A stretch of DNA of 52,537 nt, taken from the NCBI GenBank assembly GCA_964582155.1, contig CAZOSA010000002.1:1432-53968 (forward strand), written 5' to 3'. Position numbers and translations under genes: made by a program. A model generated the notes under the pieces. The model was not told the origin of the DNA and searched no databases. It saw only the letters and a list, made by a program, of their open reading frames with translations. Positions 16,924-24,984 of the stretch are shown here, in pieces (the stretch's first letter is position 1; each line of letters begins with the position of its first letter). Origin of the DNA: an uncultured Enterobacteriaceae bacterium. Its GTDB lineage: Bacteria > Pseudomonadota > Gammaproteobacteria > Burkholderiales > SG8-39.

Positions 16924-19679
16924 GCGTTTCTCCAGCGCAGGCACGGCAGGACGCGGCGCTGACGTATCCCGGCGGGAATCTGCGTCTGCACGACCTGTTC
17001 GACCAACAGGCGGCGCGAACGCCCGATGACGTGGCCCTGGCATGCGAGCAGCAAAGCCTGACCTACCGCGAGCTGGCCCGGCGCGCCGACCGGCTCGCCC
17101 GGCACCTGAGGACCATGGGCGCCGGCCCGGACGTGCTCGTCGCACTGCTGGTCGAGCGCTCGCTGGACATGGTGGTGGGCATCCTGGGCATCCTGAAAGC
17201 AGGTGCGGCCTACCTGCCCATCGATCCGGCCTTCCCTCACGAGCGGATCGCGTTCATGCTCGCCGACGCCGGCACAGGGGTGCTCGTCACGCAAACCGGA
17301 TTCCTGCCGGGCCTGCCAACCGGCACCGTGCAGGCGGTATGCCTGGATGCGTTCGACTGGACCGGGCCGGAAGGCCCGGCGCAGGCCGGGGCTCACGTCC
17401 ATCCGGGCAACCTCGCGTACGTCATCTATACGAGCGGTTCGACGGGCCGCCCCAAGGGCGTGTGCATCGAACACCGCAATATCGTCAGCTACGTGCTGGG
17501 GGTGGCGCAACGGCTGCGCCTGGAGCCCGGCATGCATCACGCGACGGTGTCGACCATCGCCGCCGATCTGGGCAACACGGTGATTTTCCCGGCGCTGGCC
17601 ACCGGGGGCTGCCTGCATGTCATTTCGCAGGAGCGGATCGAGGACCAGGCCCTGCTGGCCGATTACTTCAGCCGCGAGAAAATCGACGTCCTGAAAATCG
17701 TTCCGTCGCACCTGGCCGCATTGCAGGCCGGCGGCAATCCCGAGCGCGTCATGCCCAGGCGGCGCCTGGTGCTCGGCGGCGAGGCCTCGCGGCTCGACTG
17801 GGTCGAGCGCCTGCGCGCGTTGGCACCGGATTGCGAGATCTACAACCACTACGGCCCCACGGAAGCCACCGTAGGGGTATTGACCTACCAGGTCGGCCCG
17901 CAGCTGCCCGGTACGCAGTCCGGCACGCTTCCCCTGGGCAAGCCCCTGCCGAATAGCCGCGTCTACCTGCTCGATGCGAACGGCAAGCCCGTGCCTGCCG
18001 GCGACCGGGGCGAACTGTGCATCGGCGGCAGCGGGGTGGCGCGGGGCTACCTGAATCGCCCCGACCTTGGTGTCGGGAAGTTCGTGCCGGATCCATTCAG
18101 CGCCGACCCCGGCGCACGGATGTACCACACCGGCGACCTGGCGCGGTGCCTCGCGGACGGGAACATCGAGTTCTGCGGGCGAATCGACGATCAGGTCAAG
18201 CTGAACGGCTACCGGGTCGAACCCGGTGAAATCGAAGCCGCGCTGCGCGAACAGGGCGGCATCCAGGATGCCGTGGTGCTGGCCCGTGAAGACGGTTCCG
18301 GCGCGAGACAGCTGGCGGCCTATGTGGTGCCCAGGCGCACCCATCAGGCGCTCTGGGTCTGCAATCAGGTCCATCTCCTGCCGGACGGCTCGCCGGTTGC
18401 GCACCTGAACAGGAACGAGACCGACTACATCTACAACGAAATCTTCGTCCTGCAGGCGTATCTGCGGCACGGCATCTCGATACGCGACGGCGACTGCATC
18501 ATCGATGCGGGCGCCAATATCGGGTTGTTCACCGTGTTCGCCAACAGGCTGGCGCGCGACCTCAGGATGGTTTGCTTCGAGCCGAACCCCGCCGCCTATG
18601 CGTGCCTGTCGGTCAATGCCGAAGCCTGGGGCGCGCAGGTGAAATGCCTGCCGATCGGATTGTCCCGGGAGGACCGATCGGCGGAACTGACATTTTTCCA
18701 GGGATTGTCGCTGCTCTCCGGGTTCTACGCCGACCCGGCGACCGAACGCGAGACGGTCAGAAACTATGTGCTGAACCAGCAACCGGGGCCGGCGCAAAAC
18801 GAGCTCCTGGACGGGGAAATCGGCGCGCTGCTCGATGAGCGGCTCCAGTCCAGGACCGTCACCGCCCGTCTGCGTCCCCTGTCCAGCGTCCTGGCGGAGG
18901 AAGGCATCGAGCGCATCGACCTGCTCAAGATCAATGTCGAAAAGAGCGAGCTGGACGTGTTGATGGGAATCGCCCCCGGGGACTGGCCCAGGATTCGCCA
19001 GCTGGTCATCGAGGTGGACCAACGGGGAAACCTCGCGCCCATCACTTCCCTGCTGGAACGGCACGGCTTCGATTACTGCGTCGAGCAGGATCCGCTGCTG
19101 AGAAATACCGAACTGTGTTACGTGTACGCGATCCGGCCTTCCGAGCGTGGTTGCCTCATACGGCAACAGTCCGCCGATGCCCACAGGCTGTCGCTGCCGG
19201 CCGCAGACGGCGCGCTGCTGACGCCCGCGCTCCTGCGCAAGCACCTGCAGGAGCGGCTGCCCCGGTACATGATTCCGTCGGCTTTCGTGCTGATGGAGAA
19301 ATTTCCGTTGAATTCGAACGGCAAGATCGATCGCCAGGCGTTTCCGGATTTCTCCCGGGAGAAGCTGTCTCCCGTGCGCATGCCGGTCAAGCCGCAAACC
19401 GATACCGAGAGGGAACTCGCGGCGATCTGGGCCGAGCTGCTGAATCTGGAAAGCGTCGGGGTCGACGAGGATTTCTTCGATCTCGGGGGGCATTCACTGC
19501 TCGCGATCCGGGCCGTGTCGCGCGTACGGGACAGGTTCGAAGTGAACGTGTCGCTGCGCAATCTGCTCGAGTCTCCCACGGTGGCGGGGCTGGCCCGGGT
19601 GATCGACGGCCTGTCGTGGCTGACGAAGTCGAAAGCGCCGGCGCAGGAAGCGGGCGATCGAGAGGAGATCGAATTGTGA
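16920..19679 (+). CDS. NRPS-like A-MT-PCP protein: adenylation domain interrupted by an FkbM-family methyltransferase, plus a C-terminal thiolation domain
   Basis: A-core motifs LAYVIYTSGSTGRPKGV, YNHYGPTEAT, YHTGDLAR, GRIDDQVKLNGYRVEPGEIE. An insert of about 290 aa carries IIDAGANIGLFT ... IDLLKINVEKSELDVL (FkbM-type). Then LPRYMIPS and NGKIDR. PCP motif FFDLGGHSLLA with the Ser codon at 19494-19496. No condensation domain. Confidence 0.85.
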   Translation: MSVSPAQARQDAALTYPGGNLRLHDLFDQQAARTPDDVALACEQQSLTYRELARRADRLARHLRTMGAGPDVLVALLVERSLDMVVGILGILKAGAAYLPIDPAFPHERIAFMLADAGTGVLVTQTGFLPGLPTGTVQAVCLDAFDWTGPEGPAQAGAHVHPGNLAYVIYTSGSTGRPKGVCIEHRNIVSYVLGVAQRLRLEPGMHHATVSTIAADLGNTVIFPALATGGCLHVISQERIEDQALLADYFSREKIDVLKIVPSHLAALQAGGNPERVMPRRRLVLGGEASRLDWVERLRALAPDCEIYNHYGPTEATVGVLTYQVGPQLPGTQSGTLPLGKPLPNSRVYLLDANGKPVPAGDRGELCIGGSGVARGYLNRPDLGVGKFVPDPFSADPGARMYHTGDLARCLADGNIEFCGRIDDQVKLNGYRVEPGEIEAALREQGGIQDAVVLAREDGSGARQLAAYVVPRRTHQALWVCNQVHLLPDGSPVAHLNRNETDYIYNEIFVLQAYLRHGISIRDGDCIIDAGANIGLFTVFANRLARDLRMVCFEPNPAAYACLSVNAEAWGAQVKCLPIGLSREDRSAELTFFQGLSLLSGFYADPATERETVRNYVLNQQPGPAQNELLDGEIGALLDERLQSRTVTARLRPLSSVLAEEGIERIDLLKINVEKSELDVLMGIAPGDWPRIRQLVIEVDQRGNLAPITSLLERHGFDYCVEQDPLLRNTELCYVYAIRPSERGCLIRQQSADAHRLSLPAADGALLTPALLRKHLQERLPRYMIPSAFVLMEKFPLNSNGKIDRQAFPDFSREKLSPVRMPVKPQTDTERELAAIWAELLNLESVGVDEDFFDLGGHSLLAIRAVSRVRDRFEVNVSLRNLLESPTVAGLARVIDGLSWLTKSKAPAQEAGDREEIEL

Positions 19680-20725
19680 ACCTGCAGCCCTTCCTTGCCG
19701 ACCTGCACGAGCGCAAGATTCAGCTCTGGGCCGACGGCGATCGTCTTCGGTGCAAGGCTCCGGCCGGCGTGCTCACCGCCGGGCTGCGCGACCAGTTGAT
19801 GCAGCGCAAGAGCGAGATCCTGGCGCTGCTGCGCTCGGCCGAGGCCGTTGCCCGGCAGCCGCGGGCCGTCGTTCCACTGCAGCCGCGCGGCAAGCGCACG
19901 CCGGTCTTCGCGGTCCCCGGCCACTACGGCGATGTCTTCGGCTACCGCGCCCTCGCGCTGCGCCTGGGAGAGGATCAGCCGTTCTTCGGTCTCGAGCCGC
20001 CGGGCCTGGACGGCGCCAGCGAGCCGCTGGCAAGGGTTGAGGATCTCGCGGCCTATTTTGCGGCGCAGATCCAGGCCATGCAGCCAGAAGGCCCGTACAT
20101 CATCGCCGGCCATTGCGCCGGCGGCGCCATCGCTTTCGAGCTGGCGCGGCAACTGCGGGAGCGTGGTGCGGACCTGCGCCTGCTTGCCCTGTTCGCCTGC
20201 CCCTATCCGACGTACTACCGCTTTGCGCCCCAACTGAATCAGGCTGTCGTGCAGCAAGTGCAACGCATCGGCAGGCATGTTCGCGCGCTGGCGACGCTCT
20301 CTTTTCCGCAGGCTCGCCAGTACATCGGCGGGCGGCTTCGCCGGCTCGAAGGACAGCGCGATGCCGGGCGCGCGGCGTCGGTGGATCCCGTTCTGGTGCG
20401 GCGCGCCGCGGTATCACGCGCCACGGTTGCGGCGATACGCCGCTACACGCCCGCCGGCTATGCCGGTCGTGTCAGCCTGATCCTGCCCAACAGGGCATGG
20501 TTGCACTCTGGGGCCGAACCTCTGCGGTGGCGATCGGTAGCGCCACAAGCCGAGCACTACTTCGGGCCGGATTGGTGTAACCCCGATCTCCTGCACATGG
20601 AGCCCGACGCATCTGCCATCGCGGATCTGTTCAGGCAGTGCCGGGATGCGAGCTCGAAGAAGGCCATCGCGACGATGGTTGAACCATCGGGTGCCGGCAT
20701 CCCACAGGGATTGATGACGCCATGA
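19676..20725 (+). CDS. Stand-alone thioesterase (alpha/beta hydrolase) with N-terminal TubC_N-type docking domain; Cys in the nucleophile position
   Basis: GTG start overlapping the upstream stop (GTGA at 19676-19679). The N-terminus LADLHERKIQLWADGDRLRCKAPAGVLTAGLRDQLMQRKSEILALL matches the TubC docking-domain pattern. The TE core PVFAVPGHYGDVFGY ... YIIAGHCAGGAIAFE has its Cys codon at 20114-20116, where GHSxG is expected. Confidence 0.75.
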   Translation: MNLQPFLADLHERKIQLWADGDRLRCKAPAGVLTAGLRDQLMQRKSEILALLRSAEAVARQPRAVVPLQPRGKRTPVFAVPGHYGDVFGYRALALRLGEDQPFFGLEPPGLDGASEPLARVEDLAAYFAAQIQAMQPEGPYIIAGHCAGGAIAFELARQLRERGADLRLLALFACPYPTYYRFAPQLNQAVVQQVQRIGRHVRALATLSFPQARQYIGGRLRRLEGQRDAGRAASVDPVLVRRAAVSRATVAAIRRYTPAGYAGRVSLILPNRAWLHSGAEPLRWRSVAPQAEHYFGPDWCNPDLLHMEPDASAIADLFRQCRDASSKKAIATMVEPSGAGIPQGLMTP

Positions 20726-20726
20726 A

Positions 20727-21530
20727 ATGGACGGTCCACCGATGATTCGCATCAAGGGCTCGGGCGCGATATACGGAGACGTGTGGTTCGACGAAGAACC
20801 TCCCCGGGATCCGGGAGTGGATATCGTGCGCTATCGCTGCAGGCATGCGCCGATCGCGGATACGCGCTGCGCCCCGTTTCTGTCAATGGTCACCGATCTT
20901 TGCGTTGCTGCGGACGCAATCGCCGGCCAGTTCGGCAAGGATTGCAGGTACAAAGTCAGGCGGGCCGATACCAAGGATGGATTGCTGACGGAATTCATCA
21001 TGCAGCCGCAGGACCGGCTGGACGAATTCGTCGCATTCTTCGACACATTTGCGCGGCAAAAGGCGTACGAGCGCTGTGACCAGCGATGGTTGCGTGCCGC
21101 CTGCGAGGCCGGTCAGCTTGTCCTCACGACGGCCTCCCGGCAAGGCGAGGCGCTGGTCTGGCATGCCTACGTCAACGCAGGGAACGCTGCGAGGCTGCAG
21201 TACACGTGCTCCTGTTTCCGAGAAAGGGAGAACGATTATCGCGCCCTCGTCGGCCGGGCCAATCGCTGGCTCCATTGGCAAGACATGCTGCAGTTCAAGC
21301 AACTGGGAATGGGACGCTACGATTGGGGAGGACTGTTCGAGGACGAATCCGCACCGGATCGCGCCGGAATCAACGAGTTCAAGAAAAGTTTCGGCGGACG
21401 GACCGAGCGTACGTACGATTGCACGGTCCCGGTGACCCTCAAAGGCCGGATTTATCTTCCCCTGCGAGACGCTTGGCGCAACCGAAGAACCGTTGTGCCC
21501 GCCGGCAAAGTAAGTTCCGCAAGTACCTGA
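20727..21530 (+). CDS. FemAB-like GNAT acyl/aminoacyl-transferase (Acetyltransf_6-type)
   Basis: 267 aa. CRYKVRRADTKDG ... ALVWHAYV ... GRYDWGGL ... GINEFKKSFGG fits the FemAB/BioF2-like GNAT pattern. The ATG is 1 nt after the TE stop. Confidence 0.6.
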   Translation: MDGPPMIRIKGSGAIYGDVWFDEEPPRDPGVDIVRYRCRHAPIADTRCAPFLSMVTDLCVAADAIAGQFGKDCRYKVRRADTKDGLLTEFIMQPQDRLDEFVAFFDTFARQKAYERCDQRWLRAACEAGQLVLTTASRQGEALVWHAYVNAGNAARLQYTCSCFRERENDYRALVGRANRWLHWQDMLQFKQLGMGRYDWGGLFEDESAPDRAGINEFKKSFGGRTERTYDCTVPVTLKGRIYLPLRDAWRNRRTVVPAGKVSSAST

Positions 21531-21531
21531 T

Positions 21532-22587
21532 TCAGGCGCGCGCCATGGCGTGGAATTCCCGCAGCGTCGCGCCGCGGCACCAGGCGGAAAGATCCTCAAA
21601 CAGAATCTCCAGGTACTCGTACAAGCGTTCAATATCCGACGCGTCGCGGAAAATCGGGCTGCCGCCCGGCATGAGCTCGGAGGAATGCAGCATGAACTCC
21701 ATGTAGCCCGCGCCTTCCGCCCGCGCATCGCGCGCCGTTGCCAACATTGCCTCGAGGTGACGACCCAATGGCGCGCGGATCGTAGGCTGCACCGGGCACA
21801 ACCACCCGAGACCGACGGACGCCCTGTTGGCGTACCGGCGCAGCAACGGGATGCGATACGCCCACGGCGCCCTCCGGTAGAGGCCGCTCGGGCGCACCGT
21901 CATCGGCACCTCGAGCAGCGTACCGGCGGTCGCCGGCCGCGAGATGTCGGACGGGTCGAGGAAGTAGGGCCGGTCGGGAAAGTCCGTATAGTCCGAGCCG
22001 CCGTTGCCGGCTGGATCGCCCGGAGATCCGCGCCAATCGGTGCCCGGAGTCACGGAACAGTCCACGCGATATCCTTCCTCGATCAGGAGGGCGGCATAGC
22101 GGCCATCGAAAGCCCAACGCCCTGCGCGATGGCTGATCATCTCCCGGTCGAACCGGTCTTCGAGGAGGCGGGTGAGGGTTCTGATCTTGTCCCTCATCAC
22201 CGACACGGGATATTCGATCAGGTAGGGATGAAAATGGAAATCGTCGCTGGTCAGCGGCTCGAGCGGCGGCGAGTTCCATGCGTGCAGGTGCATTCCAATC
22301 TCGCCGGCGCAGCGGGCAAGCACGTCGCGCGCGAATTCGACGAACACGCCGGACATCGCCATCTCGTAGTTCGTCAGGTAAACCGGCTTGAAGCGGAACC
22401 GCTCGCAGAGCGCCTGGAAACGAGGCAGGTACTCCGCGTTGCGGGTGGTGATCTCCCGCGGGTTGGCCCACAGATCGTCACCCTCGGTGTCGATCGTGAT
22501 GATGAAAGGTGTGTCAGGCACGGCGCGCCTTGCCCGACACGATCGTTCTGCGGCTGGACGTGCCCGTACCGTGCTGCGGTCCCGCAA
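21532..22587 (-). CDS. Polysaccharide-deacetylase-like protein (WalW-like, deacetylase/glycoside-hydrolase beta/alpha-barrel superfamily)
   Basis: 351 aa. N-terminal FIITIDTEGDDLWANP then HLHAWNSPP and EFMLHSSEL. Convergent with the GNAT gene (1-nt gap between stops). A GTG at 22521 is an alternative start. Confidence 0.5.
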   Translation of the reverse strand: MRDRSTVRARPAAERSCRARRAVPDTPFIITIDTEGDDLWANPREITTRNAEYLPRFQALCERFRFKPVYLTNYEMAMSGVFVEFARDVLARCAGEIGMHLHAWNSPPLEPLTSDDFHFHPYLIEYPVSVMRDKIRTLTRLLEDRFDREMISHRAGRWAFDGRYAALLIEEGYRVDCSVTPGTDWRGSPGDPAGNGGSDYTDFPDRPYFLDPSDISRPATAGTLLEVPMTVRPSGLYRRAPWAYRIPLLRRYANRASVGLGWLCPVQPTIRAPLGRHLEAMLATARDARAEGAGYMEFMLHSSELMPGGSPIFRDASDIERLYEYLEILFEDLSAWCRGATLREFHAMARA

Positions 22588-22887
22588 AGTCCGGCAAGCG
22601 TCTTTTCCTTGTTTTGGTCATCAGGAAGATTAAATGGCCAGCGTTAATCGACACCGGGGGAACGCCGCGGGCACCTAGTCCATATGGACCATGCACGGCG
22701 ACGCATTCGCGGTATGCGCTACGCCATGTGCAGAAGCCTGCGCCGCAGCGAATAGATACGGTCGGTCCAGGGATCGATGCGGGCGATTCCGTCGCCCGTC
22801 CGAGCCGAGATTACACTTACCGGACTGTCTAGATTCTTGGGGCCACTTCTGTCGCGCCGCCGGACAACTCATCGGCCCGCGGCACGC

Positions 22888-23553
22888 TCATGGTTCCGAC
22901 AATGTGTGCGTCCCCATTTGTCCGACAAGAAGCTGATGAGAGGTGCGCACGTAATAGCTGCACCAGCTTGCAATGCCCAACCACTTGGCCCCGTCTTCAA
23001 AAAAGTACTCCCAATGACCAAGTCGCCGCGACCATGGCTCAAGAATCGCGTCCATGGCAACAGAAGTCGCGAGGAATCCCAGCGCCAGCAACAAGACACC
23101 GAAATTCGTTCGCAATACAACCCGTCTGAACGCGATGAGATAAGCAGCTACGGCAATCCCCAAAGCCGCGTAGACGACTATCTGGTCCAGACCCAGATAC
23201 CGAAGAGCCAACTCGTCATGAAATAGAAAGAAATCATCAAACAGGAGATAAGCCGACAAGAGAGCGGAGCAAAGAAGAAACCAGAACGTATGTCCCGGCT
23301 TGACATTGCGAAGAGTCATCGCTGCGAAAGCACATATCGATGCAGCCGCACACCACAGGAGAATTCCGAGGCTTGAAAGAATGCCCGTAAGAGGGTGAAT
23401 ATTCGCAGTGGCTGTAACATCCCGGGTCATGACATCCATATTCACCTGAAAAAGTACGCCTGCCGCCGCCATTGCCACAAGAATGGATATGGATGGAATA
23501 AAGGTCATCAACAGCTGCCGTGCGGACACCGTCTTCATTGCAATACCTCGCAC
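22888..23553 (-). CDS. Hypothetical polytopic inner-membrane protein (about 6 TM helices)
   Basis: 221-aa ORF with repeated hydrophobic spans. I recognised no family signature. GC is markedly lower than the surroundings (23/60 and 34/60 in two hand-counted lines). The start is 1 nt after the ATP-grasp stop. Confidence 0.55.
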   Translation of the reverse strand: MRGIAMKTVSARQLLMTFIPSISILVAMAAAGVLFQVNMDVMTRDVTATANIHPLTGILSSLGILLWCAAASICAFAAMTLRNVKPGHTFWFLLCSALLSAYLLFDDFFLFHDELALRYLGLDQIVVYAALGIAVAAYLIAFRRVVLRTNFGVLLLALGFLATSVAMDAILEPWSRRLGHWEYFFEDGAKWLGIASWCSYYVRTSHQLLVGQMGTHTLSEP

Positions 23554-23554
23554 G

Positions 23555-24784
23555 TCAACGGGGGCGCGGCAACCGCGGCACGCGTCTCAGGGTCGGCGGC
23601 AGCCGCTTCAGGACGGCTTCAAGAAGTTTTCTCCAGTAGAGGTGCAGCGTCGGGATCGGGTCGCGCGCATCCCAGGTGAGATGGTGGTGGCTGGTGAGCG
23701 TGCTCCAGAGTATCTTGAGTGCCCAGTCAAGGAGCTCGGCGCCGCTTTGCCGTCCTTGCTTGCGGCAAGCGAGCCAGCCCAGCGCGTCGCCGTACAGCCA
23801 GTGGTAATGCTTGCCGGTGCGGTAAGCCGTGGTCAGCGGAGCCGGCGCATGGCGCGCGGCAATCTCCACCGCGATGCGCGGATAGTCGTACCCCAGGCGA
23901 TAAGGCAGCGCCGCGGTGCTGTCCATTCTCGGGTTGACTTCGAGGAAGGCGACGGTTCCGCTGTTCTCGTCGACCATGAACTGGATGCAGCCGATGCCGT
24001 GGTAGCCGAGGGCCTCGACCAGGCGCTCGCAGTAGGTGCGCAGTTCGGGCGAAATCGGCACCGAGACGCCTTCGACGCCGATGCCGGTACCGTCGAACTC
24101 ATCGGTGCGCAGCACCTTCTGCTGGAAGAACGCCACGATGCGGCCGCGATCGGCGGCGATGTGGCAGTTCTGGCGCTCGCCGGAGGCGAATTTCTGCAGC
24201 ACCAGCGACTCCGGATCGGGCTCGCTTTGCAGCTCGGCGAGAAAACTGTCGAACGCCGCGGGCGTGCGCAGAATGATGGCTTTCTTCTGCTTGATGGGCG
24301 CCGAGGAATCCTTGCGCTTGACCACCACCGGGAAGCCCATTTCGCGCGCGGCGCGCGACCAGTCTTCGCAATCGGTGTATTCGCGCCAGGGTGCGGTCGG
24401 GATGCCGAGCGTCGGGGTCAACGCGTAGAGCGCGCGCTTGTCGAAGCAGCGCAGCACCGTGGCCGGGTCGGGCATCACCCAGGTGGCGAGCGGCATGAAG
24501 CGTTCGGCGGCCCAGACTATGCGGCGCGCCTGGGTCTCGCCGACCGGGAATACGTAGTCGGGCTTCGCGTGCCTCAGGTAGGATTCGAGCTGGTCGAGGA
24601 AGCGGTCGCGGTTGGACTCCTCGAACACGCGCACGTCCGAGACGTAGCGCGAAAGCGCGGTCGAGCTGCGCCTTTCATCGGTGCCCAGGGCGATCCGGAA
24701 GCCGCCGCGCGCCAGGGACCGGACGATCGTCACCGTCTGCCGATAGTCCCCGAGGACGAGGACGCGTCCGCCTTTGCCTGACAT
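23555..24784 (-). CDS. ATP-grasp family carboxylate-amine ligase
   Basis: 409 aa. RVLVLGDYRQTVTIVRSLARGG, GFPVVVKRKDS, FLEVNPRMDST. A C-terminal extension of about 90 aa has unknown function. Confidence 0.7.
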   Translation of the reverse strand: MSGKGGRVLVLGDYRQTVTIVRSLARGGFRIALGTDERRSSTALSRYVSDVRVFEESNRDRFLDQLESYLRHAKPDYVFPVGETQARRIVWAAERFMPLATWVMPDPATVLRCFDKRALYALTPTLGIPTAPWREYTDCEDWSRAAREMGFPVVVKRKDSSAPIKQKKAIILRTPAAFDSFLAELQSEPDPESLVLQKFASGERQNCHIAADRGRIVAFFQQKVLRTDEFDGTGIGVEGVSVPISPELRTYCERLVEALGYHGIGCIQFMVDENSGTVAFLEVNPRMDSTAALPYRLGYDYPRIAVEIAARHAPAPLTTAYRTGKHYHWLYGDALGWLACRKQGRQSGAELLDWALKILWSTLTSHHHLTWDARDPIPTLHLYWRKLLEAVLKRLPPTLRRVPRLPRPR

Positions 24785-24984
24785 AGATCGCCATGCTGAA
24801 ACCCGCGTATTGCACGGCGTGCACCGCCAGACGACTCCGGGCCCTCCATTAGGACTAAGCGAGGTCGAAGCCCCGGGTAGCTATATGCAGATAGGCGGGA
24901 TGTGCAAGGGCCGTGAGGCCGGCCCCACAGCACCCGCGCGCATCGACGACGGCGACACTAAAGCGGGGCGAAGCCGCCTGGCGC

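Noticed and set aside
17821-17834. Sigma-54-like TGGCAC...TTGC element
   Set aside because: The spacing is one nucleotide short of the -24/-12 consensus, and it lies deep inside the NRPS-like coding sequence.
16872-19493. 873-aa ORF antisense to the NRPS-like gene
   Set aside because: It mirrors the A-MT-PCP gene, which has clear motifs. Its translation is Arg/Gly/Pro/Ala-rich with no recognisable motifs. This is the typical shadow ORF of high-GC DNA.
19115-19675. Upstream extension of the thioesterase ORF
   Set aside because: It lies inside the PCP-encoding end of the NRPS-like gene in another frame. The docking-domain homology starts at the GTG at 19676.
22888-23553. 221-aa membrane protein as a small exosortase/archaeosortase-like enzyme
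   Set aside because: I could not find the conserved Cys/Arg/His arrangement expected for exosortases, and its neighbours are ATP-grasp and deacetylase genes. It remains an unassigned membrane protein. An HMM search would settle this.
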